Under the pieces are notes generated by a model. That model had not been told where the DNA came from and did no database searches. It saw only the letters and a program-made list of their open reading frames with translations. A stretch of DNA of 64,000 nucleotides, from positions 2,932,108-2,996,107 of the forward strand of contig OZ240222.1 of NCBI GenBank assembly GCA_965197695.1. The letters are read 5' to 3'. Shown here in pieces: positions 1-9,520 of this stretch. Both the position numbers and the translations under genes were made by a program. Origin of the DNA: Dehalococcoidia bacterium. GTDB taxonomy: Bacteria; Chloroflexota; Dehalococcoidia; Lucifugimonadales; UBA1123. Position 1 is the stretch's first letter, and every line of letters starts with the position of its first letter.

Positions 1-427
1 TGTCAAGACCCTTGTCCGGCCAGAATATGGACAGCCCGGTCCTGGTCTCCCCGGAGATGATCGGCCAGTTCATCGAGCTGGGCCCCCGGTGCTTCGGCAG
101 CAGCGAAGGGTGATACTGTATCGTTCCTTGCGTTGGAGCGTCCAGGATCTCGTCAGGAACGATGTCGGTCACGAACGCCATCACACACAGGTCGGCGTTC
201 AATTCTAGGAAGGCGTCGATCGCTGCCCGTCGGCGCATCCGGCGAAACTGGAGGACCGGGATGCCTCTTCCTTCCGCCTCTTCCTTGATCGGGTCGGCTG
301 GCCTGCCCTCCCGGTCGGGTGGGCAGAACACACCGACAACATTCTCTCCGCCGTCGGCCAAAGCGGCCAGCACGTCCTTGCCGAACGCGGCCTGTCCGAT
401 TACCGCGATTCTCACGTCGTCCGGCAT
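1..427 (-). CDS. formyltransferase-family protein (Fmt / 10-formyl-THF dehydrogenase N-terminal-like), 3' end outside window
   Basis: Minus-strand ORF running off the left edge with ATG at 427. It is absent from the ORF track because it has no stop in the window. Hand translation: MPDDVRIAVIGQAAFGKDVLAAL...IQYHPSLLPKHRGPSSMNWPIISGETRTGLSIFWPDKGLD. This shows the formyltransferase HPSLLPxxRG motif and the IAVIGQ N-terminus. Confidence 0.8.
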   Translation of the reverse strand, partial: MPDDVRIAVIGQAAFGKDVLAALADGGENVVGVFCPPDREGRPADPIKEEAEGRGIPVLQFRRMRRRAAIDAFLELNADLCVMAFVTDIVPDEILDAPTQGTIQYHPSLLPKHRGPSSMNWPIISGETRTGLSIFWPDKGLD

Positions 428-672
428 ATGCAGTCCCTCTCGATGCTTTGACCTCTCGTTACCCAAGAATCTATCATCAGACAACGATATCGGCAAACTT
501 TGGGCCGGTTGTGACCCGCAGGCGGACATTCTACACGCCAAATCAGAGGAGCGTATGGGCTAATCCCCACGACGGTCCGCCTGTCGCCGGTCACGGATCG
601 ACCATTCCACGACGCCGTAGCGCGCCGGTCCTGCGGCACGGCGTCCGACTTCTCACCCCGCGGCTCTCCCAA

Positions 673-702
673 TTGACTGCCTCTCTCGGACATCGGTACA
701 AT
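673..702 (+). promoter_or_regulatory. sigma70-like promoter candidate upstream of SWIM ORF
   Basis: TTGACT (673-678), 18-nt spacer, TACAAT (697-702). It lies about 50 nt upstream of ATG 756. Confidence 0.45.
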
Positions 703-755
703 CAGATCGGGCATTGACATCCCAAATAAGACAGACGAGGGAGGGACACTGTCAT

Positions 756-1001
756 ATGGACTCAAGCTTCATAAGGAAGGTCGAGAAAGCCAAGGACTAC
801 GCACTACAGAAGGACCGGGTCAGCTTCGCCAGTTGTACCGTCCGGTTCCAGGGTGACAATGGCGACCATACCATTACTTATGAAGCGGGCAGTTGGGATT
901 GCGACTGTGACTACCGGATCGGTCGCGACACATGTACGCACATCATGGCGATTCAGATGATGTTCGACGGGATGGTTGCCCCTGTGCCGGCCGCCACCTG
1001 A
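756..1001 (+). CDS. small SWIM zinc-finger protein
   Basis: WDCDCDYRIGRDTCTH fits the SWIM pattern CxCx9CxH. ATG 756 is preceded by GAGGGAGGGA (737-746). The track ORF starts earlier, at TTG 714. Confidence 0.65.
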   Translation: MDSSFIRKVEKAKDYALQKDRVSFASCTVRFQGDNGDHTITYEAGSWDCDCDYRIGRDTCTHIMAIQMMFDGMVAPVPAAT

Positions 1002-1026
1002 ATCACACAACACTGCAATTACGAAG

Positions 1027-1056
1027 GGCCACCATGATTCGGGTGGCCTTTTTCGT
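1027..1056 (+). terminator. rho-independent terminator after SWIM ORF
   Basis: Stem GGCCACC (1027-1033) / GGTGGCC (1042-1048), 8-nt loop, followed by TTTTTCGTTT. Confidence 0.6.
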
Positions 1057-1175
1057 TTCATCGGCTGGCTCAGATCATCTCCGCGGCAGATCCATCGCCA
1101 GGGCGCGCAGGACCGCGACCACCCTGGGACTCACAACCTTTCACCTGCGTCGAGCAGACCCACGGGAGAAAGTCT

Positions 1176-2423
1176 CTACTCGACCTTCCCAAATACCACG
1201 CACGCGTTCTGTCCACCGAACCCGAAGCTGTTGGACAGAACGGTCGAAACCTCCGCGCGCCTGGCCTCGTTCGGCACGTAGTCGAGGTCGCAGTCCGGGT
1301 CCGCGTATTCGTAGTTGGCCGTGGGGTGAATTACGCCGTCCTCGATGCTCTTGACGCAGGCCACGGCCTCAATAGCGCCGGCCCCGCCAAGCGTGTGACC
1401 GATCATTGACTTGGTCGAGCTCACCGGGACCGAGTAGGCCCGCTCTCCGAATGCCCTCTTGATCGCGAGAGTTTCGACGTGGTCGTTCTTCGGCGTGGAT
1501 GTGCCGTGCGCATTTATGTAGCTGACGTCGCCCGGATTGAGCTCCGCGTCATCGAGCGCCCACCGGATTGCCCGTGCGGCGCCGTCGCCGTCTTCGTCGG
1601 GTTGGACAGCGTGGAAGGCGTCCGACGATACGCCGTAGCCGATTACTTCCGCCAGTATCTTGGCCCCTCTGCCGTTCGCGTGTTCCCAGCTCTCCAGCAC
1701 CAGCACTCCGGCGCCTTCGGATGGCACAAAGCCGTCGCGTTTTGCGTCAAACGGACGGCTCGCCTTTTCGGGATCCTCATTCTGACGGCTCAGGGCCCTG
1801 ATCACGTTGAACCCACCAAGTCCAAGCTGGCTGATCCCGGCTTCGCAACCACCGCCGAGGATGACGTCCGCCACACCCCTCTGGATGGCGACCGCCGCCT
1901 CTCCGATGCCCTGTGTACCCGCTGCGCACGCCGTGATCACGGTTGACGTGTAGCCCTTCAATCCATATATGCGGCTGATGTTCGCGGCTGCCATGTTGGG
2001 CAGTATCATTGGAATGAAGAACGGCGACATCCGCATTCCGCCCCGCCTGACCAGGATGCGCGCGTTGTCCTCAGTGGTTGGAAATCCACCGTTGCCGTTG
2101 CCCATGACCACGCCGACCCGGTCAACATCCAGCGCCGACAAGTCCAGCCCCGCATCCTCGATCGCCACCGAGGCGGCTGCGACGGCCAGCTGCGAGAACC
2201 GCGCCATGCGTCTATGCTCCCGCCGGTCCATATACGTGCCGGGGTCAAATCCGCTTACCTCACCCGAAATCCGCGAAGGGTACTGGGAAGGGTCGCACAA
2301 CGTCATGTGGCCGATACCGGACTGGCCGTTTACCAGGTTGTCCCAGTATTCGTCAACAGACTCGCCAAGAGGGGTCATCGCGCCCATACCCGTTATAACG
2401 ACTCTGGTGGTGGCGTTCTTCAT
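1176..2423 (-). CDS. fabF: beta-ketoacyl-ACP synthase II
   Basis: 415 aa. N-terminus RVVITGMGAMTPLG, C-terminus SNSFGFGGQNACVVF, with the active-site Cys and HGTST regions typical of KAS II. Confidence 0.93.
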   Translation of the reverse strand: MKNATTRVVITGMGAMTPLGESVDEYWDNLVNGQSGIGHMTLCDPSQYPSRISGEVSGFDPGTYMDRREHRRMARFSQLAVAAASVAIEDAGLDLSALDVDRVGVVMGNGNGGFPTTEDNARILVRRGGMRMSPFFIPMILPNMAAANISRIYGLKGYTSTVITACAAGTQGIGEAAVAIQRGVADVILGGGCEAGISQLGLGGFNVIRALSRQNEDPEKASRPFDAKRDGFVPSEGAGVLVLESWEHANGRGAKILAEVIGYGVSSDAFHAVQPDEDGDGAARAIRWALDDAELNPGDVSYINAHGTSTPKNDHVETLAIKRAFGERAYSVPVSSTKSMIGHTLGGAGAIEAVACVKSIEDGVIHPTANYEYADPDCDLDYVPNEARRAEVSTVLSNSFGFGGQNACVVFGKVE

Positions 2424-2484
2424 GATTCTGCTCTCCTGCGAGATGTTCCGGATCGTGTACCCGTCTCCGACTGTGATTGGAAAG

Positions 2485-3921
2485 TCAGATGGGATCGGGA
2501 GTTCTGTGGACCGGTCCTTTCAGGTTCTCGTAAATCTCGGGTTCGATTTCGTGAATGATCTCCAGTACCTCGCCGACTACCGACAGTGACCCTGTGCAGA
2601 GGACGATCTCTCCGTCTCGGGCCATGTCCAGCGCCTTCCCGAAGCCATCGGCCACCGAATCGACCTCGGCGACCAGCTCCAAGCCGGACCCGCGGACTGC
2701 GTCTGCCGTCGGGCCCGCGCGAGACGCTCGCGGATGGCGGGACTGCACCGCGATCACCCTGGGACGCAGACCCGCGAGCTCGTCCAGCATTCCCGCCGCG
2801 CTGTGTCCTCCAAGCGCTCCGAACACCAGAACAGCCCCGCTGAATCGGACATGGTCCCGCAGAGTTTGGACCAGCCGCCGGACCGAGTACGGATTGTGCG
2901 CCCCATCGACGATGACAGTCTTGCCGTCCCGCTCGAACACCTCGAATCTGCCGGGCCAGCGGACCTGTTCAACTCCTGCGGAGATCGCGGCCATGCCCAC
3001 GTCGCAATCAAGCCGCGACATCAACTCGATCGTGGCGACGGAGGTCGCTACGTTCTCCATCTGGTAATCGCCCAGTAGCGGCGTTTGCAGCCGATATGCA
3101 GACTCCGGACCTGAGAGATCGATCCTCTGTCCCGCTGTGTCCACATCGACTCTGGACCACGAATACACGTCCGCGACCGAGACCAGGCTTGATCCCCGCT
3201 CAGCCGCCGTCCTGCGAAATACATCCATCGCGGCCGGTTCGGCCTGCGGCGCTGCCACGACTGGGACACCTGACTTGATAATACCAGCCTTCTCATACGC
3301 GATCTGCTCGATGGTATCCCCCAGTGTCGCGACGTGGTCCAGACTGATTGACGTGATGACGGACACCTGTGGCGTCAGTATGTTTGTAGAGTCCAGCCTG
3401 CCGCCCAGTCCGACCTCCATCACCTGGTAGTCCGCTCCGATGTCTCTGAAGTGTACCAGCGCCATGGCGGTCATCACTTCGAAGAACGTCACACCCCCGT
3501 ACCCGCCTTCGCGGCCGACCCACTCCACCGCGGGCCATACACGCTGGACCAGCGAGGCGTACTCATCCTTGGACACCGGTTCCAGACCAACACGAATTCG
3601 TTCGCATACACTGTGCAGATGGGGAGAAGTGAACAGGCCAACCCTGTATCCGGCATGAGTTAGGATCGAGGAGATCAGCGCGGATGTGCTGCCCTTGCCC
3701 TTGGTACCCGCGACGTGGACGGTCGGGACCGCCTGATCGACGTTTTCCAGCCGGCCGGCAAGCAGCGACATCCGCTCGAGGTGGAACGCCGAGTGCCCAG
3801 GGGAGTGCGTCGAGCGCTCGAAGTCAGCGAGGCTCATGACGAGATCTATTGCCTGGTCAAACGTGGGCGATGAAGATTTATCCTTCAGGTCAGAGGTCAT
3901 GGAGGTTGGGGGCGAAGACAT
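2485..3921 (-). CDS. folC: bifunctional folylpolyglutamate synthase / dihydrofolate synthase
   Basis: 478 aa. P-loop VAGTKGKGST, then FTSPHL, with Mur-ligase-like architecture. Confidence 0.9.
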   Translation of the reverse strand: MSSPPTSMTSDLKDKSSSPTFDQAIDLVMSLADFERSTHSPGHSAFHLERMSLLAGRLENVDQAVPTVHVAGTKGKGSTSALISSILTHAGYRVGLFTSPHLHSVCERIRVGLEPVSKDEYASLVQRVWPAVEWVGREGGYGGVTFFEVMTAMALVHFRDIGADYQVMEVGLGGRLDSTNILTPQVSVITSISLDHVATLGDTIEQIAYEKAGIIKSGVPVVAAPQAEPAAMDVFRRTAAERGSSLVSVADVYSWSRVDVDTAGQRIDLSGPESAYRLQTPLLGDYQMENVATSVATIELMSRLDCDVGMAAISAGVEQVRWPGRFEVFERDGKTVIVDGAHNPYSVRRLVQTLRDHVRFSGAVLVFGALGGHSAAGMLDELAGLRPRVIAVQSRHPRASRAGPTADAVRGSGLELVAEVDSVADGFGKALDMARDGEIVLCTGSLSVVGEVLEIIHEIEPEIYENLKGPVHRTPDPI

Positions 3922-3969
3922 CTATCTAAAGATTACTGTAGCGCACCGCTCGCCGTCGCGCCACTCTTT

Positions 3970-5346
3970 CTAACCCGCGGCTGAGAGCCGGTCCATCTCT
4001 CGGCCCGCGAGCCACAGCAGGTCCGGGACGTAGCGCTCCAGCTCGCAGAGCTCCACGGACGGCCTGAACAGAAACGGCAAGATTCGCTCGTAGTAATGGA
4101 TCGACCTCTCAATCGGCGCCAGGACCCTCGCGATCTCAAACCCCCTGCGCAGCTGCTTCTCTGGCGCGAAGTCCGACCAACACCGCAAGAATGCGCCGGA
4201 CACGCCCCGATTGCGGACAACCTGCGGAATCAGCGCCGCGGCGAAGAACGGATGGGAAATCGAAGCGTCTGACCAGTCCATCAGCACAGGCCCGCCGTCC
4301 CGGATGAAAACGTTGCCCGCGTCGAGGTCGCCGTGGTCGAGGGTTGCGGGAAGTCCCATCCGGTCGAGTGAGCTGCCCATCTCCCTGATCCTGTCGAGAC
4401 TGGGCTCCAGTGCCCGCAGCGCCTCTATCGTCCGGGGCCGCGTATAGCGCAGATCGAGTTGATGAGGCTCGGCAATCCACCGGCCGAGCGTACTCACCGT
4501 CCTCTCGATGGTACGTCGCTCCAGACCCAGCCCGTCCAGCGCGGCCGTCCGGTCCGCGTACTCGAGATCGATCCGGGCGAGCGCCTTCATGGTCTTATGC
4601 CACAGCTCCTCGTCGTGAGCGTGACCGAGAGTCAGCCCTCCCATGTCCTCGGTGAGCATCCAGCCTCGTTCAGGGTCTGCGGCGATAACATGTGGACTGA
4701 TATCCGGGAAGCGTCCGGACAGTTCGACGGTGACCCCCACCTCGGAGCCAAAGTACCTGGGGGATGCCTTGAAGTAGATGCGACGGTCGGAGGACTGGAG
4801 CCGAAAGACCGTTGAGATGGCCCATGTCCGGACCTGGCTTAACCGCCAGTCTTCTTCGTCCGGGGAGCCGGGCAGGTGGGATCCGATCCAGCTCCTGACC
4901 TCACTGTGCCAGGGGGTCGGCCACTGCCAGGGCGCCTGGGGAAGGGTCGGCTGCGCTCCTAGCAGCCTGTAGCGCTCCGACGCCACAATGTCAGCCTGGC
5001 GCCCGGACGCACCCAGAGTTGAACAGGCCTCCGAGGCCGGGACCCACGCGAAGCCGGGGCGTACCTCCGCAAGCCTGGAGTCGCCGATCGCCGAGTAGAG
5101 CCGCGCCCTCCCCTCGTTGGCGTCTCCCTTGGCCAGACACCTCAACACGGTGATTTCAACGCTGCACATCCTCCCGACCGCGTCCACGAGGGAGGTGACT
5201 TCCGGATAGAAGCCCGGCTCCAGATCAACGGTAGGCAGGGCGGCGCGACCGGAGTTGCGGACGAGTACGGCGAGGCGTTCCGGGTCCACAATCAGCACGC
5301 AGCTCCGGAGCGTATCGGCGGCCCCCTCTGCCTGCGCGGAAGGCAC
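3970..5346 (-). CDS. phosphotransferase (APH/choline-kinase-like) family protein
   Basis: 458 aa. Catalytic loop LDHGDLDAGNVFI followed by MDWSD, as in aminoglycoside-phosphotransferase-fold kinases. The N-terminal 150 aa are unassigned. Confidence 0.7.
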   Translation of the reverse strand: MPSAQAEGAADTLRSCVLIVDPERLAVLVRNSGRAALPTVDLEPGFYPEVTSLVDAVGRMCSVEITVLRCLAKGDANEGRARLYSAIGDSRLAEVRPGFAWVPASEACSTLGASGRQADIVASERYRLLGAQPTLPQAPWQWPTPWHSEVRSWIGSHLPGSPDEEDWRLSQVRTWAISTVFRLQSSDRRIYFKASPRYFGSEVGVTVELSGRFPDISPHVIAADPERGWMLTEDMGGLTLGHAHDEELWHKTMKALARIDLEYADRTAALDGLGLERRTIERTVSTLGRWIAEPHQLDLRYTRPRTIEALRALEPSLDRIREMGSSLDRMGLPATLDHGDLDAGNVFIRDGGPVLMDWSDASISHPFFAAALIPQVVRNRGVSGAFLRCWSDFAPEKQLRRGFEIARVLAPIERSIHYYERILPFLFRPSVELCELERYVPDLLWLAGREMDRLSAAG

Positions 5347-5347
5347 G

Positions 5348-6673
5348 CTACGGCCTGATTACACCCACGTCACCATCAATCCGGACATCTGCGCCGAGCT
5401 TCTTCGACAGTCGCTTGATCCTGTCGAGGGCACGCTTCCTGACTGACCCGTCGGCCAGTACCGGACGGCCGCGCTGCGACCTCGGCTTTCGATGCCCCAT
5501 GTCAATGGCGTGGAGGGTTATGCGGTCCAACGTCTTCGATCTGAAATCACACTTCGCGACGATTGAATTCCAGTAAACCGGGTCGCCTGGGAACCCCCTC
5601 TTGTCGTCCTCGCTCCGCCGGTCGTAGAAGTCCGCCGGCGTCGAATCGGGATCGAGGCCGACCGATTCGTAGTTCGGCGCGGGCTGCCACCGGACCGTGT
5701 CGTTCTGGAAGATGAAGTTGCCGAGGCTGTAGAAGACCGGCTTATCCTTGTATATCTCCACTCCCCTCGTGACATGTGGCCCGTGGCCGAGGAAGGCGTC
5801 CGCCCCCGCGTCGATACAGGCGCGCGCAAACGTCTTGAGAAACTCCGGCGGCTCATCCCTGGTCCCGCCGCTCTCATGACAGTGGAATGAGACCAGCACC
5901 CAGTCGGCCATCCGGCGCGCATCCCTGATCCACTTCAGATTCGGGTCCATGTCGCGGCGGTTCGGCGAGGTTGAGATACCGAACTGCTCCCCCAGAACGA
6001 ATCTTCGACCCAGAAACCCGACCTGCGAGTCGGTATCTTCCATCACGGTCCCCGGCGGACGAAAGCGGCGCTGGGCCGCGTTGTGGGCTTCAAACCCCAG
6101 GTTCCGGCTGATACGCCTCATCGAGTCGAACGCCGGTCGATCAACCGTGTAGGTTGTGGAGTGTCGCACCGCGTTGAGACCGGGCCTGCCTTTGACGTCC
6201 GGCCTCTGGTCGATCGCTCGACCGGCCTCATGGAATGTGGACGATGCGGCGATCAGCGCGACGCGCCCGGCGGGCGTGTCCAGAAATCCGGGCGCTCGTG
6301 CCTCGCTCAGGTTGGTTCCCGTCCCCGCATATGTGAGTCCCGACGCCTTCAGATGCCTGATATTGGTCAGGACACCGCCTTCCCCGTAGTCGTAAGCGTG
6401 GTTGTTCGCGGTGGAAACCAGGTTGATGCCTGCCCATTTCAACTCTTCCACATTCGCGGGGTCGGAACCGGTGTACGTGCCGCCGGCCATGCCGGGCGAG
6501 TGCTCGAAGTTGTGCATGAGCATCTCGAGGTTGGTGTACCCGACATCCGCCGACCTGAAGAGATCGACCAGGGACAGGAACTCCGGTTCGCGGAAAACCG
6601 ACAGTCGCCGGGTAATCATGGCGTCCCCACTGGCAACGAGGGTCAGATTACCGGCCTCGGCCTCATACAACAT
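5348..6673 (-). CDS. CapA-family metallophosphoesterase (poly-gamma-glutamate capsule synthesis-like)
   Basis: 441 aa. LVASGDAMITRR, ANNHAYDYG and HCHESGG segments are typical of the PGA_cap/CapA family. Confidence 0.75.
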   Translation of the reverse strand: MLYEAEAGNLTLVASGDAMITRRLSVFREPEFLSLVDLFRSADVGYTNLEMLMHNFEHSPGMAGGTYTGSDPANVEELKWAGINLVSTANNHAYDYGEGGVLTNIRHLKASGLTYAGTGTNLSEARAPGFLDTPAGRVALIAASSTFHEAGRAIDQRPDVKGRPGLNAVRHSTTYTVDRPAFDSMRRISRNLGFEAHNAAQRRFRPPGTVMEDTDSQVGFLGRRFVLGEQFGISTSPNRRDMDPNLKWIRDARRMADWVLVSFHCHESGGTRDEPPEFLKTFARACIDAGADAFLGHGPHVTRGVEIYKDKPVFYSLGNFIFQNDTVRWQPAPNYESVGLDPDSTPADFYDRRSEDDKRGFPGDPVYWNSIVAKCDFRSKTLDRITLHAIDMGHRKPRSQRGRPVLADGSVRKRALDRIKRLSKKLGADVRIDGDVGVIRP

Positions 6674-6694
6674 CCAGGGTCATCCTCCCGCGGC

Positions 6695-7252
6695 CTAGTC
6701 CGGGGAGTATTCGGTGGCAAGTATCCCCATCACCACCGAGTCGAACCGGGCGCCCTCGTGGGGACGGCTCTTACGCAGAGTTCCCTCGTGGACAAAGCCG
6801 ACACGCTCGAACACCACCCTTGCGCCCCTGTTGTACTCGGGTATATCGACCCAGACGCGGTACAGACCGTAATCCCTGAATGCCAGATCGAGCGCGGCGC
6901 GTACGCCTGCGGTCCCATAACCCTGGTTCCAGACGTCCTTGCGACCTATCAGGATCGAAAGCTGACCGTCTCCCAGCGCCTCCTCGAGCCCGATGTGTAC
7001 TTCTCCGATGTGTTCACCGGCGTCCGTATAGATCGACAGCGTTAGGTGGGCAGAGTCAGCGAGCGCGGCAGCGAACTCGTCGTCGCTGGCATTCTCCAGC
7101 TCGTTGGGGCGGTAGCCCAGATGCGCGGGCTCCCCGTAGGAGTACCGGCCAAACCAACTGTCGACGACCTCCTCATCTTCGAGCCACTGCTTAATGCGAG
7201 ACACGTCTTCACGTGTGACCGATCGCAGCGATACGTTTCTGTGGCGGGACAT
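6695..7252 (-). CDS. GNAT-family N-acetyltransferase
   Basis: RimJ/RimL-like sequence (LRSVTREDVSRIKQW..., NQGYGTAGVRAALDLAF, NRGARVVFERVGF). I place the start at ATG 7252 because AGGAGG sits 6 nt upstream. The track ORF extends to 7273. Confidence 0.8.
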   Translation of the reverse strand: MSRHRNVSLRSVTREDVSRIKQWLEDEEVVDSWFGRYSYGEPAHLGYRPNELENASDDEFAAALADSAHLTLSIYTDAGEHIGEVHIGLEEALGDGQLSILIGRKDVWNQGYGTAGVRAALDLAFRDYGLYRVWVDIPEYNRGARVVFERVGFVHEGTLRKSRPHEGARFDSVVMGILATEYSPD

Positions 7253-7450
7253 GAAAGTCCTCCTGTTTCTCACGGTGGAGAGTGGTGTGCAGCTGCAAGG
7301 AGGGCTTGCCTGTGCTGATTACTATTAGCAGATTCCGCAACAATAATCCACAGCGGCCCGGAACCGCGTCGGTATCCGCCCGCGCACTTGCCGCTCCGAT
7401 CTTCCGGCTGGTACATTGGGGCGACCAAGAAGATCGGAGCGGCGAGGATC

Positions 7451-8242
7451 ATGGAACTCGGACTCGAAGGCAAAATCGCTATAGTCGGTGGAGCCAGCCA
7501 GGGGTTGGGCCGCGCCTGTGCCCAGGGACTGGCCAGCGAGGGCGTCAGGGTAGTCGTCTGCAGCCGGACGGAGGATACACTCCGGCAGACCTCCGAAGAA
7601 ATCGCCTCATCTACGGGCGGCGAGGTGTTTCCGGTGGCGGCCGATCTATCGACGCTCGCCGGTGTCACGACCCTCGTCTCGTCCACGATAGAGCGCTTTG
7701 GCGGGCTCGACATCTCGATCAATAACTCCGGCGGCCCCCCGGCGGGAACTGCGGAGGGAGCAAACGAGGAGGAGTGGGCACAGGCCGTCCAGATCTCCCT
7801 GCTGTTCTTTGCCCGCATGAGCCGCCAGGTCGTCCCGCACATGCGCAGACGAGGTGGTGGACGGATCGTCAACATATTCGCCAGCTCGGTCAAGCAGCCG
7901 ATCGAGAACCTCGTCCTCAGCGCGGCCACCAGGATGGGTGCGCTGGGGTACGCCAAGACGCTGGCCGACGAGGTTGCAGGGGATGGCATCCTCGTGAACA
8001 ACGTCTTGCCCGGCTATCTGCTGACCGACCGGATGATGCACGTCATCGAGACCAGGTCCGAGTCCCGCGGCATCACAGAGGAACAGGCGATGACGGACCT
8101 GACCGCTTCGATCCCGATGGGGCGTATCGGTCGCCCGGAGGAGCTGGCAAACCTGGTTGTGTTCTTGGCATCTGACGCCGCCAGCTACATAACCGGAACG
8201 ACTATCCAGGTTGACGGCGGCGTTATCCGGTCCATGATCTGA
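7451..8242 (+). CDS. SDR-family oxidoreductase
   Basis: MELGLEGKIAIVGGASQGLGRA carries the TGxxxGxG-type Rossmann motif. The C-terminus ITGTTIQVDGG is typical of classical SDRs. The track ORF is over-extended upstream to 7388. Confidence 0.85.
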   Translation: MELGLEGKIAIVGGASQGLGRACAQGLASEGVRVVVCSRTEDTLRQTSEEIASSTGGEVFPVAADLSTLAGVTTLVSSTIERFGGLDISINNSGGPPAGTAEGANEEEWAQAVQISLLFFARMSRQVVPHMRRRGGGRIVNIFASSVKQPIENLVLSAATRMGALGYAKTLADEVAGDGILVNNVLPGYLLTDRMMHVIETRSESRGITEEQAMTDLTASIPMGRIGRPEELANLVVFLASDAASYITGTTIQVDGGVIRSMI

Positions 8243-8347
8243 TGGGGCGCCAGCCCCGTCCGGAATTTCCGGCCGCGGTACGGACGATTCTCACACCCCA
8301 CATGCTTGAGTTGAAACGGCAGTAGTCTCTCGCCAGGAACAACCGTA

Positions 8348-9520
8348 ATGTCAATGCAGTCCGTCATCGAACAGTCACAGGAATACATGCAGTCCCACGA
8401 CATCGGCGGGTGGCTGCTGTACGACTACCGCGGCATGAATCCGATCTTCTCCGATACGGTGGGACGTATCGGCCACGTGACCCGGCCAGTGTGGCTTTGG
8501 ATTCCGGTCCAGGGCGCGCCCCGCCTGCTGGCCAGCTTCGTCGATCAGGGCCGGTTCCCGCGTCTTGGCCTGGATACCGCCCTCTTCGTCAACAGGTTGG
8601 ACATGATCGACAGGCTGCGACGGGAGATCACGGGGTCAGAAAGAGTTGCGATGGAGTACACCCCGGACGGGTCGCTGCCGCGCGTTTCCAAAGTGGATGG
8701 CGGCACCCTTGAGATGGTCCGGGGCCTGGGAGTCGAAGTTGTGTCCTCCGCCAACCTGCTCCAGTACGCCACCCAGCGGTGGGACGCCGACCAGCTCGGG
8801 TCACACCTGTTCGCGGCGGAGAAGCTGAGCCACATCGTTCAGGAGGCGTTCCGGCACATCGGCGACTCGGTAGCCGCCGGCATCACGGAGTTCGAAGTCG
8901 CCGAGTTCATCCGCGCTCGATTCCTGGAAGAGGGCTTGATCGTAACGGACGGGCCAGCCGTGGCAGTCAACGAACACGCTTCGGACCCCCACTTCGACCC
9001 GACGCCGGAGTCTTCCGTCAGGATCGATCGGGGCGACTGGGTGCTGATCGACCTGTGGACGCGGCTGCCGGGCGAAGACGCCATGTTCGGCGACATCACC
9101 TGGACCGCATACGTTGGAGACGATGTTCCGGCCAAACATCAGGAGGTCTTCGACATCGTAATCGCTTCCAGGGATGCGGCCCTGGCCGAAATGGAGACCG
9201 CCTTCGCACAGGGCAGGACCCTGCAGGGATGGGAATTGGACAAGGTATCCCGCGACCACATCGAGCAGTCGGGCTACGGTGAGTTCTTCAACCATCGACT
9301 GGGACACAGCCTGGGGCGGGAAGTCCACTCCAACGCCGTCAACCTGGACTCCTGGGAGACCTACGACACCCGGGAGCTGATTCCGGGGATCGCGGTGACC
9401 ATCGAGCCCGGCATCTACATACCGGAGTTCGGTGTCCGGTCCGAGATAGACGTCTACATATCCGAGGACGGTCCCCAGGTCACAACGCAGATGCAGCGCG
9501 ACGTGGTCCGGATAGGCTAA
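8348..9520 (+). CDS. M24-family metallopeptidase (Xaa-Pro aminopeptidase-like)
   Basis: 390 aa. Pita-bread metal-ligand motifs HRLGHSLGREVH and VTIEPGIY. Confidence 0.85.
   Translation: MSMQSVIEQSQEYMQSHDIGGWLLYDYRGMNPIFSDTVGRIGHVTRPVWLWIPVQGAPRLLASFVDQGRFPRLGLDTALFVNRLDMIDRLRREITGSERVAMEYTPDGSLPRVSKVDGGTLEMVRGLGVEVVSSANLLQYATQRWDADQLGSHLFAAEKLSHIVQEAFRHIGDSVAAGITEFEVAEFIRARFLEEGLIVTDGPAVAVNEHASDPHFDPTPESSVRIDRGDWVLIDLWTRLPGEDAMFGDITWTAYVGDDVPAKHQEVFDIVIASRDAALAEMETAFAQGRTLQGWELDKVSRDHIEQSGYGEFFNHRLGHSLGREVHSNAVNLDSWETYDTRELIPGIAVTIEPGIYIPEFGVRSEIDVYISEDGPQVTTQMQRDVVRIG

Noticed and set aside
162-765. Three overlapping 117-133 aa ORFs at the left end.
   Set aside because: Two overlap the formyltransferase gene on the opposite strand and have Arg/Pro/Ser-rich low-complexity translations. 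None has an SD. The region is better explained as the formyltransferase 5' part plus a long intergenic region.
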